This document shows positions 53,124-62,310 of a stretch of 64,000 nucleotides of DNA, one piece after another. The position numbers and the translations under genes were made by a program. Source of the DNA: Thermovirgaceae bacterium (GTDB lineage Bacteria > Synergistota > Synergistia > Synergistales > Thermovirgaceae); the NCBI GenBank assembly GCA_035448245.1, contig DAOTIQ010000001.1, positions 40,568 through 104,567 on the forward strand. Direction: 5' to 3'. Within the stretch, counting starts at the first letter, position 1. Each line of letters starts with the position of its first letter. Below the pieces are notes generated by a model that worked only from the letters and a program-made list of their open reading frames with translations, was not told where the DNA came from and searched no databases.

Positions 53124-53750
53124 GTGTCCGATCTTCTTACGGTTATCGATATCGAGAACATCAACTTCAGAAAGTCAATGAGGGGCTACGATCCGGACGA
53201 AGTCGAGGAGTTCCTGGAAAAGGTAGCGGGAAGCTTGCAGATTTATTCAGAGAAAATCAAGAACCTGGAAGTCCAGGTATCCCGTTTCGATGACCAGATG
53301 AAGGAGTATGTGGAACTTAAACGTTCCCTCCAGGACGCCCTTGTTCTCGCCCAGAAGAGCGCGGAAGAGCGGGTCAACAGCGCCGAAAGCCGGGCGGAAG
53401 TGATAATAGCCGAGGCCGAGGCGCAGGCCCACAAGATAGTGATAGGTGCCAAGGACAGGGTCGATGAGCACAAGAGGGAGATCGAGAGACTCAGACAGAT
53501 CCGTTACCAGTTCGTGGCTGAGTTCAAGGGACTTTTAGCCAAATTTGGATCTATGCTGAATGTCCTTGAGGCTCCTCCCGAGGATCGTGAACAGGAACGT
53601 GCCCCGGAAAGATCCAGGGAAAGAGAAAGATACGGCGAGCACTCCAGCAAAAGCGATTGTGAGGAAGGACAGGAAACAGTCGCCGAGCCCGGCGGTTCTG
53701 GTGATGTTTCCGGTCTGGAAACTGCCAGGTATGGAGAGGAGCGTTCATGA
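53124..53750 (+). CDS. divIVA: DivIVA domain-containing protein
   Basis: (V)SDLLTVIDIENINFRKSMRGYDPDEVEEFLEKV plus a coiled coil. GTG53124 lies 10 nt after AGGAGG; TTG53103 is the ORF-track start. Confidence 0.85.
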   Translation: MSDLLTVIDIENINFRKSMRGYDPDEVEEFLEKVAGSLQIYSEKIKNLEVQVSRFDDQMKEYVELKRSLQDALVLAQKSAEERVNSAESRAEVIIAEAEAQAHKIVIGAKDRVDEHKREIERLRQIRYQFVAEFKGLLAKFGSMLNVLEAPPEDREQERAPERSRERERYGEHSSKSDCEEGQETVAEPGGSGDVSGLETARYGEERS

Positions 53751-55828
53751 CGGAATCCCTCGCATGGGATTCTCATGTAAGGTTCCTTAAGGGTGTCGGA
53801 CCCGCCAGGGCTTCACGTCTGGGCAGGCTGGGGGTAGATACGGTTGAGGACCTTCTGTATTTTTTCCCCAGGCGTTACGAGGACAGGCGAAGCATCATCG
53901 ATCTTTCGCGCCTTGAGGTCGGATCCGTCTCCCACGCTATAGCGTCGGTGGTATCCATAGAGAGAAGGCCGACCAGAAAAAAGAACCTTTCCATAGTGAA
54001 TGCCCTGCTGAGCGACGGGAGCAGCATGGCCCAGGCGGTATGGTTCAACAGGAAGGGGCTTGAAAGGGTCCTGATCCCCGGAACGAGGGCCTCCTTTTAC
54101 GGGAGGGTGGAGTCCAGGGGCGGGGTGGTCCAGATCGTGAACCCCGAGTTCGAGATACTGGAAGATAAGGATGCAGATACTCCGGGCCTTTTTGCGGGAA
54201 TAGTACCTGTGTACCCCGGAACCGAGGGGCTTTTCCACAGATGGGTCAGATCGCTTGTTTTTAATGCAGTGGAGACCTTCGCCGCAAACCTCCCCGATCC
54301 TTTACCTCCTGAAATTCGCGAGAAGAACAGGCTTGTTTCCATCGAAGAAGCCGTCCGTTCGATGCACTTCCCCGAAGGAAGGGAGTCATGGTCCGCAGCC
54401 AGAAAGAGGCTGGCCTTCGACGAACTGTTCCTTCTCCAGACAGCTCTCGCGCTCAGGAAAAGAAGCTACGAGGAAGAGACTGGCGGGTATCCCCTGTCCT
54501 GGGACGGGCCGATACTCCAAAAATTCCGAAAAGAGATATTGCCCTTTGAACTTACGTCGGAGCAGGAAAAGGTCCTTGGAGAGATAACCCGCGACAGCAG
54601 GCGCAATGCGCCCATGAACAGGCTTCTTCAGGGGGATGTGGGATCCGGGAAAACCGTGGTTGCTCTTATGTTCCTTCTGGCCGCTGTCGACAGCGGCTTC
54701 CAGGGGGCGATAATGGCTCCTACCGAAGTACTTGCCAGACAGCATCACCGGAAGATATCAAATTGGCTTTCTGGTACCGGTGTCGAGGTTTTGTACCTTT
54801 CGGGTTCCATGACCAGCTCGCAAAAGACGGAAGCCCTTGCCCATGTGATGTCAGGCAGACCGGGCATAGCAGTTGGGACCCATGCCCTTATCCAGAAGGG
54901 AGTCCGTTTCGGAAGACTGGGAGCCGTTGTCGTAGATGAACAGCACCGGTTCGGTGTTCTGCAGAGGAGTGCCCTGGCGGAAAAGGGCCAGTGCCCGCAT
55001 GTACTGGTAATGACGGCGACTCCCATACCAAGAACCCTGACGTTGTCCGTATATGGAGATCTTTCATTTTCGACCATAGAGGAACTTCCTCCCGGAAGGA
55101 CCCCTCCGGTGACAAAGCAGATATCAAACGCCGGGGACCCTCGCCTGATCCGTTTCATGGAAGAGGAGATATCAGGGGGAGGAGCCATCTACTGGGTATG
55201 CCCGGTGATAGAGGAGAACGGTTCTCTGCCACTAACGCCGGTCATCGGGAGGCACAGGATCCTTTCGGAGATATTCGGTCAGGAGAGGGTGGGGATCCTG
55301 CATGGACAGGTACCTTCTGGTGAAAGAGAAAGGATCATGGATCTTTTTTCTACGGGGAAACTGTCCGTTCTGGTTTCAACTACCGTAGTAGAGGTTGGTC
55401 TTGATGTGCCCGAAGCTACGGTGATGATCATCGAAGACGCTCACCGGTTCGGTTTATCCCAGTTACACCAGCTGCGGGGGCGGGTAGGCCGTTCCTCCAG
55501 ACGCAGTTACTGCTTCCTGGTGGGCAACCCTAAAACACCGGAAGGGATAGCAAGGCTGAAGGCCATGTGTTCGACTGCAGATGGCTTCCGGATAGCAGAA
55601 GCGGATCTGTCTCTCAGAGGCCCGGGTGAACTTTGCGGCATCAGACAGCATGGAGTGACCGATTTCAAGGTTGCTGACCTCTCCAGGGACAGGGTCCTTC
55701 TGGATGTCTGCAGGGAGGATGCCATCAATCTGGTCTCCAAAGACCCCCTGCTTGATGGATACCCGGTACTCCGGAAGGAAGTCTTCAGAAAACTGGGTCG
55801 CAAGCTCAAACTGGTGGAAACGGCGTGA
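53747..55828 (+). CDS. recG: ATP-dependent DNA helicase RecG
   Basis: Wedge/OB N-domain, Walker A GDVGSGKT, DEQHRFGV, and helicase C motifs (QLRGRVGR). Confidence 0.95.
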   Translation: MTESLAWDSHVRFLKGVGPARASRLGRLGVDTVEDLLYFFPRRYEDRRSIIDLSRLEVGSVSHAIASVVSIERRPTRKKNLSIVNALLSDGSSMAQAVWFNRKGLERVLIPGTRASFYGRVESRGGVVQIVNPEFEILEDKDADTPGLFAGIVPVYPGTEGLFHRWVRSLVFNAVETFAANLPDPLPPEIREKNRLVSIEEAVRSMHFPEGRESWSAARKRLAFDELFLLQTALALRKRSYEEETGGYPLSWDGPILQKFRKEILPFELTSEQEKVLGEITRDSRRNAPMNRLLQGDVGSGKTVVALMFLLAAVDSGFQGAIMAPTEVLARQHHRKISNWLSGTGVEVLYLSGSMTSSQKTEALAHVMSGRPGIAVGTHALIQKGVRFGRLGAVVVDEQHRFGVLQRSALAEKGQCPHVLVMTATPIPRTLTLSVYGDLSFSTIEELPPGRTPPVTKQISNAGDPRLIRFMEEEISGGGAIYWVCPVIEENGSLPLTPVIGRHRILSEIFGQERVGILHGQVPSGERERIMDLFSTGKLSVLVSTTVVEVGLDVPEATVMIIEDAHRFGLSQLHQLRGRVGRSSRRSYCFLVGNPKTPEGIARLKAMCSTADGFRIAEADLSLRGPGELCGIRQHGVTDFKVADLSRDRVLLDVCREDAINLVSKDPLLDGYPVLRKEVFRKLGRKLKLVETA

Positions 55829-55834
55829 TCTCTC

Positions 55835-56275
55835 ATGGATATGGAAAAAGATGACAAACTGATGAGTTATGCCGTTAGGCTGACTTCCCGGTCGGAATAT
55901 ACGTGTGCCCAGGTAAGGAGGAAGCTGCTTGCCAGGGGAGCTCCAGAGTTACAGGCCAAAGAAATATGCTCCGAACTGGAAAGTTGCGGCCTTGTGAATG
56001 ATGTCCGTTATTGCGAGCTCTTCGTCTCCACTCATCCCGAATTTGGATTTTCAAGATTGAAGATGGAGCTGTCAAAAAGGGGAGTGGAGAGGGCTGTTAT
56101 TGAATCGACCATCTTAATGGACGAGGATGATGAGATCTCGCGGGCCGTTCTGCTTGCAAGGGAGTGGGCGGATTTCACCGAACCCAGAAAAATCGCGGCA
56201 CGACTTTCCAGAAGAGGTTTCTCCGCAAGGGTTATCACTTCAGCCATAGAACGGGCTTGTGATACTTCCTCCTAG
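55835..56275 (+). CDS. recX: regulatory protein RecX
   Basis: About 146 aa with three-helix repeats. Y..RLL..R..S..E...KL...G......I...L...G..ND..Y pattern. Confidence 0.8.
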   Translation: MDMEKDDKLMSYAVRLTSRSEYTCAQVRRKLLARGAPELQAKEICSELESCGLVNDVRYCELFVSTHPEFGFSRLKMELSKRGVERAVIESTILMDEDDEISRAVLLAREWADFTEPRKIAARLSRRGFSARVITSAIERACDTSS

Positions 56276-56373
56276 TCTGTAGAATACTTTCGTATATCTT
56301 TTTCGAAAATAGCGACTGCCGAATAAATCGACAGGTCACGAAACTTGACAACGGAATAAGGAGTGGTGTTCAC

Positions 56374-57903
56374 ATGTTGCCCGTAATGCTAGCAGCAGCT
56401 TTTGCCGTCGGCATTCCGATCGGCTTCCTTGCCTACAAGTTTATGAGCGACAAGAAGCTCAAGGGAACGAGGGAGCAATCGGATCAACTTCTAAAGGATG
56501 CTTTTCAGGAGGCCGACAGGCGAAAAAGAGAGATGCTCACAGAAGCGCGTGAGGAAATTCATCGCCTCAGGCAGGACGCAGAACGTGAGATCAAGGATCG
56601 CCGCGCGGAACTTCAGCGCGCGGAGCGGAGACTCGAACAGAAAGAGGAAAACCTCGATGCCAAGATGGATGCCATAAGCCAGAGGGAGGAAGACTTCCGT
56701 AAACGCCAGGAGGATCTTTCCGCGAGGCTGGAGGAGATCCAATCCATCCGGCAGAAACAGGTCGAAAGGCTCGAGGAGATAGCGAGGATGTCCAGGGAAC
56801 AGGCAAAGGATGTCCTTCTGCAGGAAGTGGAACAGGAAGCGGCCCACACGATAGGTTTAAGGCTGAAAGAACTTGAGGAAAAGGCAAAAAGGGAATCGGA
56901 AAGAAAATCCAGGGAGATCGTGGTAAGCGCGATACAGAGATGTGCCGTAGACCATACTTCCGAAATGTCTGTAAGCGTGGTCTCGCTGCCCTCAGATGAA
57001 ATGAAGGGGCGCATAATCGGCAGGGAAGGCAGGAACATCAGGGCTTTCGAGACATTCACGGGAGTCGACCTGATCGTTGATGACACACCTGAGGCTGTAA
57101 CGCTGAGCAGTTTTGATCCGGTCCGCAGGGAAGTTGCACGCCTTTCACTTGAGCGCCTTGTTCTGGATGGAAGGATACACCCCGCAAGGATCGAGGAGAT
57201 CGTGGAAAAGGCTCAGAAAGATGTAGAGGAGAAGATACTGGAATCAGGCGAAGAAGCCCTTCTTGAGACGGGCATCAAGTCCATGCACCCGGAACTCGTG
57301 AAAATAATTGGGCAACTCCGTTACAGATCAAGTTATGGACAGAACGCTCTGTCCCATAGCCTTGAGGTTTCGCATCTTGCCGGGATAATGGCCGCTGAAC
57401 TTGGCCTGGACGAACAGATGGCCAGAAGAGCCGGTCTCCTTCACGACATAGGCAAGGCTGTGGATCACCAGGTAGAGGGTCCCCATGCACTTATTGGCAG
57501 GGACATTGCCAAACGTTTCGGGGAGATCCCGGAGGTCGTCAACTCGATCGCGGCTCACCATGAAGATGTGGAGATGACTTCTGTGTATGACGTTCTTGTC
57601 TCGTCTGCCGACGCTATCAGTGCTTCCAGGCCGGGGGCAAGGCGCGAGAGCCTCGAATCCTACATCAAGAGGCTGGAAAAACTTGAAAGTCTTGCCAAGA
57701 CCTTCAAGGGAGTGACCAAGGCCTATGCCATACAGGCAGGACGTGAGGTTCGGGTCATGGTTGCGCCAAACAGCCTGGATGATGGCGCTATCCATAAACT
57801 GGCCTACGATATGGCAAGGAAGATCGAGGGAGAGATGAAATATCCAGGTCAGATCAAGGTTATTGTGATCAGGGAAACACGATCAGTGGAATTTGCCAAA
57901 TAG
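56374..57903 (+). CDS. rny: ribonuclease Y
   Basis: N-terminal TM, a long charged coiled coil, KH domain ([15 protein letters not shown]) and HD domain (LLHDIGKA). Confidence 0.95.
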   Translation: MLPVMLAAAFAVGIPIGFLAYKFMSDKKLKGTREQSDQLLKDAFQEADRRKREMLTEAREEIHRLRQDAEREIKDRRAELQRAERRLEQKEENLDAKMDAISQREEDFRKRQEDLSARLEEIQSIRQKQVERLEEIARMSREQAKDVLLQEVEQEAAHTIGLRLKELEEKAKRESERKSREIVVSAIQRCAVDHTSEMSVSVVSLPSDEMKGRIIGREGRNIRAFETFTGVDLIVDDTPEAVTLSSFDPVRREVARLSLERLVLDGRIHPARIEEIVEKAQKDVEEKILESGEEALLETGIKSMHPELVKIIGQLRYRSSYGQNALSHSLEVSHLAGIMAAELGLDEQMARRAGLLHDIGKAVDHQVEGPHALIGRDIAKRFGEIPEVVNSIAAHHEDVEMTSVYDVLVSSADAISASRPGARRESLESYIKRLEKLESLAKTFKGVTKAYAIQAGREVRVMVAPNSLDDGAIHKLAYDMARKIEGEMKYPGQIKVIVIRETRSVEFAK

Positions 57904-57914
57904 GAAAAAAGTTC

Positions 57915-58691
57915 ATGAGAATACTCTTTGTGGGTGATATTGTCGGGAAACCGGGAAGAAAGGTTTTTTCATCGGTTCTTCCCGGAGCCAGACAAAGCGA
58001 TGGCCCCTTCGATTTTGTGGTCGTCAATGCGGAAAACGCGGCCGGCGGGTTTGGACTTACAGCAAAGATAATGCAGGAACTTTTCGATATCGGGGCGGAC
58101 ATCCTTACAAGCGGGAACCATATCTGGGACAACAGGGATGCCCTGCCTCTCCTTGACGAGGAGAGCCGGCTTTTAAGACCCGCAAATTACCCTCCAGAGG
58201 CAAGGGGAAGGGGAATGGCCACGTTTGAGAAAAAAGGCCTGAAACTGGCAGTTCTCAACCTGCAGGGCCGTATCTTCATGCAGGCCCTGGATTGCCCTTT
58301 CAGGAGGGCCGACGAGGAACTGACGTCCCTTGAGGCCGGGATTCCCGTACTTGTTGATGTTCATGCAGAGGCCACGTCAGAAAAGAGAGCCCTGGCTCTC
58401 TATCTGGATGGGAGAGTCTCTGCGGTCGTGGGGACCCATACCCATGTGCAGACCGCCGATGAGGAAATACTGGAGGGCGGGACAGCGTTCATCTCGGATG
58501 TAGGGATGACCGGTGGTCACGGAGGAATAATCGGAATGGAGAGCGAATCCATCATTTCGAGGTTCCTGACCGGAATGCCATCGAAATTCGTAGTATGCGG
58601 GAAAGATTCAAGAATGGATGCAGTGGTCATAGATATCGACGAAAAAACCGGGAAAAGTATCTCTATCAAAAGGTTGTCACTGGATTCCTGA
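57915..58691 (+). CDS. ymdB: TIGR00282/YmdB family metallophosphoesterase
   Basis: MRILFVGDIVGKPGR...NAENAAGG...GNH.WD; follows rny as in Bacillus. Confidence 0.9.
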   Translation: MRILFVGDIVGKPGRKVFSSVLPGARQSDGPFDFVVVNAENAAGGFGLTAKIMQELFDIGADILTSGNHIWDNRDALPLLDEESRLLRPANYPPEARGRGMATFEKKGLKLAVLNLQGRIFMQALDCPFRRADEELTSLEAGIPVLVDVHAEATSEKRALALYLDGRVSAVVGTHTHVQTADEEILEGGTAFISDVGMTGGHGGIIGMESESIISRFLTGMPSKFVVCGKDSRMDAVVIDIDEKTGKSISIKRLSLDS

Positions 58692-58729
58692 AAAGAAACT
58701 TTTTGAACGGAACATCTCCCCCAAAAACG

Positions 58730-58764
58730 AGCGGCCCCCTTCAACGGGGTGCCGCTCTTTTTTT
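58730..58764. terminator. bidirectional intrinsic terminator between ymdB and hypE
   Basis: Stem agcggccccc / ggggtgccgct (one bulge). An A5 tract lies upstream and T8 downstream. Confidence 0.8.
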
Positions 58765-58800
58765 ATCCTGTCACCCGGAGAATCTCCCGAAAGGGTCCAT

Positions 58801-59787
58801 CTAACAGATCCGGGGCAGTTCCTCCCCCACAGGTTTATCCACCAGCCTGGTCCCGCCGGATAAAGTGTGGATCCCGACGTATCCTGGATGCGCTTCCGTG
58901 ACAGATCCAATCAGGGATGCTCTTTTCCCCAGCGGGTTATTTCTGGCAGCTGCCAGGACTTCTTCGGTTTTCTCCGCGGAGACGACCAGCGCTGCGCACC
59001 CCTCTCCAGCCATGTGCAGAGGGTCAAGACCCAGGAGATCGCACACCGACAGGGATGCCTCGTCCCAGGGAATGAGAGTCTCGTCTATTTCGATACCGAC
59101 CCCTGCGGATTCGGCCCATTCGCACATGACCGTCCCCAGGCCCCCGCGAGTACAGTCCCTCATGCACCTGATCCCCTCTATGGGGAGCATTTCCTCGATC
59201 ATTGGCCAAAGGGCGGCGCAGTCCGAGAACAGCCCATGGACGTTCAGGCCGTATCTTACGGCCGCGATGGTGGCTCCATGCATCCCAGGGGGGGAGGTAA
59301 TGATTATCGAATCCCCCGGAGATATGTTCGCCGTACCGAGTTTTGAAGAGGAACGAGTCTTCCCTACCGCACATGTGGTAAGGAACAGGCCGTCCGCCTG
59401 GCCTTTCGGAACGACCTTGGTGTCCCCTGTGACAAGTTCTATGCCGATCATTTCACAGATCTCCCCGGCGCTTTCCATGTAGCGGGAAAGGCTTGAAAGA
59501 GGGAAGCCCTCCTCGGCTATGACCGCGAGAGCAATATAAAGAGGTTTTGCCCCTCTTACGGCCAGATCGTTGGCGCTGCCGCATATGCAGAGACTTCCTA
59601 TGTTGCCGCCCGCAAAATCGGGAGGGGTTACTGTGTATCCGTCAATTGTCATCGCGAGGCCTCCGGGCAGAAGGGCGCAATCCTCTCTGTCGGCGACGGG
59701 TCGGCCTGGAAAATTCCCGAGAATGGTTGAAACCAGGTCTTCCGTCAGACGCCCTCCCGCACCGTGTCCTATGCTGATCGTTTCCAT
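58801..59787 (-). CDS. hypE: hydrogenase expression/formation protein HypE
   Basis: HGAGG N-terminal motif, AIR-synthase-like fold blocks, and the C-terminal PRIC. Confidence 0.92.
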   Translation of the reverse strand: METISIGHGAGGRLTEDLVSTILGNFPGRPVADREDCALLPGGLAMTIDGYTVTPPDFAGGNIGSLCICGSANDLAVRGAKPLYIALAVIAEEGFPLSSLSRYMESAGEICEMIGIELVTGDTKVVPKGQADGLFLTTCAVGKTRSSSKLGTANISPGDSIIITSPPGMHGATIAAVRYGLNVHGLFSDCAALWPMIEEMLPIEGIRCMRDCTRGGLGTVMCEWAESAGVGIEIDETLIPWDEASLSVCDLLGLDPLHMAGEGCAALVVSAEKTEEVLAAARNNPLGKRASLIGSVTEAHPGYVGIHTLSGGTRLVDKPVGEELPRIC

Positions 59788-60866
59788 GGGTCATCTCCTC
59801 CGGTAAAAAACCTGTAATGGGCTGAACAACTGCCCTCTCCCGAAACCATGCACGGTCCCACGGGATGCGAGGGAGTGCAGGTCCTTCCGAAAAGGGGGCA
59901 TTCATTCGGTCCAATCAGCCCCATCAGGACCTCCCCGCAGGAGCAGCCCTGCGGGGGTGGAGTCCTGGATATCTTCAATCCAAGCCGATTTAGCGCGTCA
60001 AGGCTGGAAAAATCTTCCCTGAAAGCGTAACCGGAAAGAGGTATTTCCCCCAGGCCTCTCCATGATGTGTCCCGGAGGCAGAAAACTTTCTCGAGGAGTT
60101 TCTGCGCAACAGGGTTTCCATAATTTCTTGCAGCCTGTCCGTACATTTGCGCCACACGAGGCCTGTCTTCTCTTACCTGCCTGGCTATCTCCACGAGTCC
60201 AAGCATGATATCCTCAGCCCCAAAACCCGCTACCGAGCAGGCTATACCGTATTTTGCGGGAAGGAACTGGTAAGGATGAAGACCAATTACCACGCTGACA
60301 TGCCCCGGCAGCAGCAGGGCCTCGAGCCTGATACGGCTGTCCGAGGCAAGTGCCTCGAGGACAGGGGGAACGGCCTTGTGAAGGTTGAGAACGGCGAAGT
60401 TCCGTATGTCATTTTTTTGGGCATCCAGCACCACCGAGGCCGTTGCAGGAGCAGTGGTCTCGAACCCGACCGCTACCAGAACCACCAGTTTCTCCGGGGT
60501 CATTCTGGCAATATCAAGCGCCTGGGCTGCCGAGGTTATGATCCTTACGTCTTTTCCTCGAGATCTTGCGTCGAGAAGGGATCCTCCGCTTCCTGGTACT
60601 CGCAGCATATCCCCGTAGGTGGCAGTTATGACTCCATCAAGTGAGGCGAGAGATATGGCTGCATCTATCTCTCCCTGGTCTGTGACGCAGACAGGGCACC
60701 CCGGTCCCGAGACCAGTTCAAGGTTGGGTGGGAAAAGAGATCTCAGCCCCTGCCGGAATATAGAGACAGTGTGGGTCCCGCAGACCTCCATTACCCTTAA
60801 GGGACGGTCGGCAAGAATATCCAGTGCCTTCGTTAGGAGTGAGACCTTATCCCTGGTTTCACTCAT
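59769..60866 (-). CDS. hypD: hydrogenase formation protein HypD
   Basis: Carries MEVCGTHT, GPGCPVCV, GFETT and the C-terminal PCMVSGEGSCSAHY. ATG60866 lies 1 nt after the hypC stop; the longer ORF overlaps hypC. Confidence 0.92.
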   Translation of the reverse strand: MSETRDKVSLLTKALDILADRPLRVMEVCGTHTVSIFRQGLRSLFPPNLELVSGPGCPVCVTDQGEIDAAISLASLDGVITATYGDMLRVPGSGGSLLDARSRGKDVRIITSAAQALDIARMTPEKLVVLVAVGFETTAPATASVVLDAQKNDIRNFAVLNLHKAVPPVLEALASDSRIRLEALLLPGHVSVVIGLHPYQFLPAKYGIACSVAGFGAEDIMLGLVEIARQVREDRPRVAQMYGQAARNYGNPVAQKLLEKVFCLRDTSWRGLGEIPLSGYAFREDFSSLDALNRLGLKISRTPPPQGCSCGEVLMGLIGPNECPLFGRTCTPSHPVGPCMVSGEGSCSAHYRFFTGGDDPWKRSA

Positions 60867-60867
60867 C

Positions 60868-61095
60868 TCATTCGTTGGCAAGGCGGCGCACTTCCTCCCA
60901 GAGTGCCTCCACTTCGCGGCCATTCTCCTCGAGGAGGTGTTCAATAGCAAAACCGGCATGGACCAGTACCACATCTCCTACCTCTACACCCGGGACGAAA
61001 TCTGTCCTTATCTCGGTCTCTACAGCCCCCGCCGATGCAAGGGCCCTGGTTTCATCGATCAGGCTCCTGATCCTGTGTGGTATAGCAAGACACAT
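60868..61095 (-). CDS. hypC: hydrogenase assembly chaperone HypC/HupF
   Basis: MCLAIP N-terminus, 75 aa. Confidence 0.92.
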   Translation of the reverse strand: MCLAIPHRIRSLIDETRALASAGAVETEIRTDFVPGVEVGDVVLVHAGFAIEHLLEENGREVEALWEEVRRLANE

Positions 61096-61230
61096 GGCTA
61101 CAACTCCCGAAAAACAGTATGGACAACGGCAATCATTTTATCTCCTACGTGTGTATGAGCAAGCCAGCAATTAAAAACTCCTTGCCCTGGCATCGGGTTG
61201 TGGCTAATCTTGTCATGGGGGTAATGGTCG

Positions 61231-62025
61231 ATGGATCGTATCAGGGTCGGAGTTCTCCAACTCAGTGTTGTAAGAGAAGATGCCGCAAAAAACAGCAGAT
61301 ATGTCGGGGGAGAGATACGGGATGCGGCGAGGGGCGGATGCGATGTGATAGTTCTGCCCGAACTCTGGAACGCGGCATTCCCTCTCCTTGGTCCGCATGT
61401 TCTGGTAGACGAAAAATCCGGTATTGTAGAGGAGATAGCGGGCGCGGCGTTCAGGACAGGAACATGGATAATTGCGGGAAGTATGGCCATGAGAACTCCC
61501 CTGGGGCCAAGGAACAGATGCCTGGTTTTTTCTCCTGAAGGTAATATCTTTTTCAGATACGACAAGATTCACCTTTATCCAGGCCTGAGGGAGCCTAACA
61601 TTCTCTCACCCGGATCAAAACTCGGGTTTTTTGATCTGGATGGGATCCCCTGCGGAGTAATGATCTGTTTTGATGCCGAGTTCCCGGAGGTGGCATCTGC
61701 ACTATCGCGAAAGGGTGCCAGGATACTTTTCGTCCCGGGAGCGTGGAAGAGTGAGTACATCAGGTTATGGAGGGCAATACTTCTTTCAAGGGCTATAGAG
61801 AACCAGGTATTTGTGGTTGGAGTGAACAGATGCGACAGGGGGAAGGAAAGCTCTTTCGGGGGTCATAGTATGGTCATAGATCCTTACGGGGATGTCCTTC
61901 TTCACCTTGATGATTCTCCAAGGTTCCAGATGGTCAACCTTGATCTCGGAAAGACAATTTCAGCCCGCCGGGAACACAAGGTGATCGATTCCAGAAGGCC
62001 CGGAGTATACAGGCGATGGAACTGA
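61231..62025 (+). CDS. carbon-nitrogen hydrolase (nitrilase superfamily) protein
   Basis: Glu block VIVLPELWN, a Lys block (RYDKIHL), and a Cys block (GVMICFDAEFPE). Confidence 0.85.
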   Translation: MDRIRVGVLQLSVVREDAAKNSRYVGGEIRDAARGGCDVIVLPELWNAAFPLLGPHVLVDEKSGIVEEIAGAAFRTGTWIIAGSMAMRTPLGPRNRCLVFSPEGNIFFRYDKIHLYPGLREPNILSPGSKLGFFDLDGIPCGVMICFDAEFPEVASALSRKGARILFVPGAWKSEYIRLWRAILLSRAIENQVFVVGVNRCDRGKESSFGGHSMVIDPYGDVLLHLDDSPRFQMVNLDLGKTISARREHKVIDSRRPGVYRRWN

Positions 62026-62074
62026 ATTTTTTGCCCCTTTAACAAAGTAGGGCTTTTCAGAATTGACTTGCCTG

Positions 62075-62102
62075 TTGACTCTTTCACGGCTTGTAATATA
62101 AT
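62075..62102 (+). promoter_or_regulatory. candidate promoter P1 (TTGACT-16 nt-TATAAT)
   Basis: Read directly from the sequence. A second TTGACT lies 12 nt upstream (62063). Confidence 0.4.
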
Positions 62103-62166
62103 GCCCAAAATTTGTATGCTGTTTCTGCTGGCAGTTATGAGCGCCTGACTTTTCCTGGTAGAACAA

Positions 62167-62195
62167 TTGCCAAAAAAAGGGGACGGCCTTATAAT
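62167..62195 (+). promoter_or_regulatory. candidate promoter P2 (TTGCCA-17 nt-TATAAT)
   Basis: Read directly from the sequence. It would leave a leader of about 110 nt before ATG62311. Confidence 0.45.
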
Positions 62196-62310
62196 GACAA
62201 GAAAATGATGAAGAACACAAGGGGGGTGATCCGGGGATTATTTTAGCCAGCAAAGAAACGGCAACAGTTTTCCTGTTCATTCTCAGACCCGTATCAAGAG
62301 GAGGGATATC

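Noticed and set aside
61098-61565. 155-aa (minus) and 139-aa (plus) ORFs upstream of hypC
   Set aside because: - Both overlap the nitrilase-family gene, whose Glu-Lys-Cys catalytic blocks are clear.
- Neither resembles HypF, HypA or HypB.
62026-62310. T-box or glycine riboswitch upstream of the NSS transporter
   Set aside because: - No T-box sequence (AGGGUGGNACC-like), specifier-loop context or CCGAAGG/CUCAGGC cores were found.
- It is kept only as an unclassified long leader.
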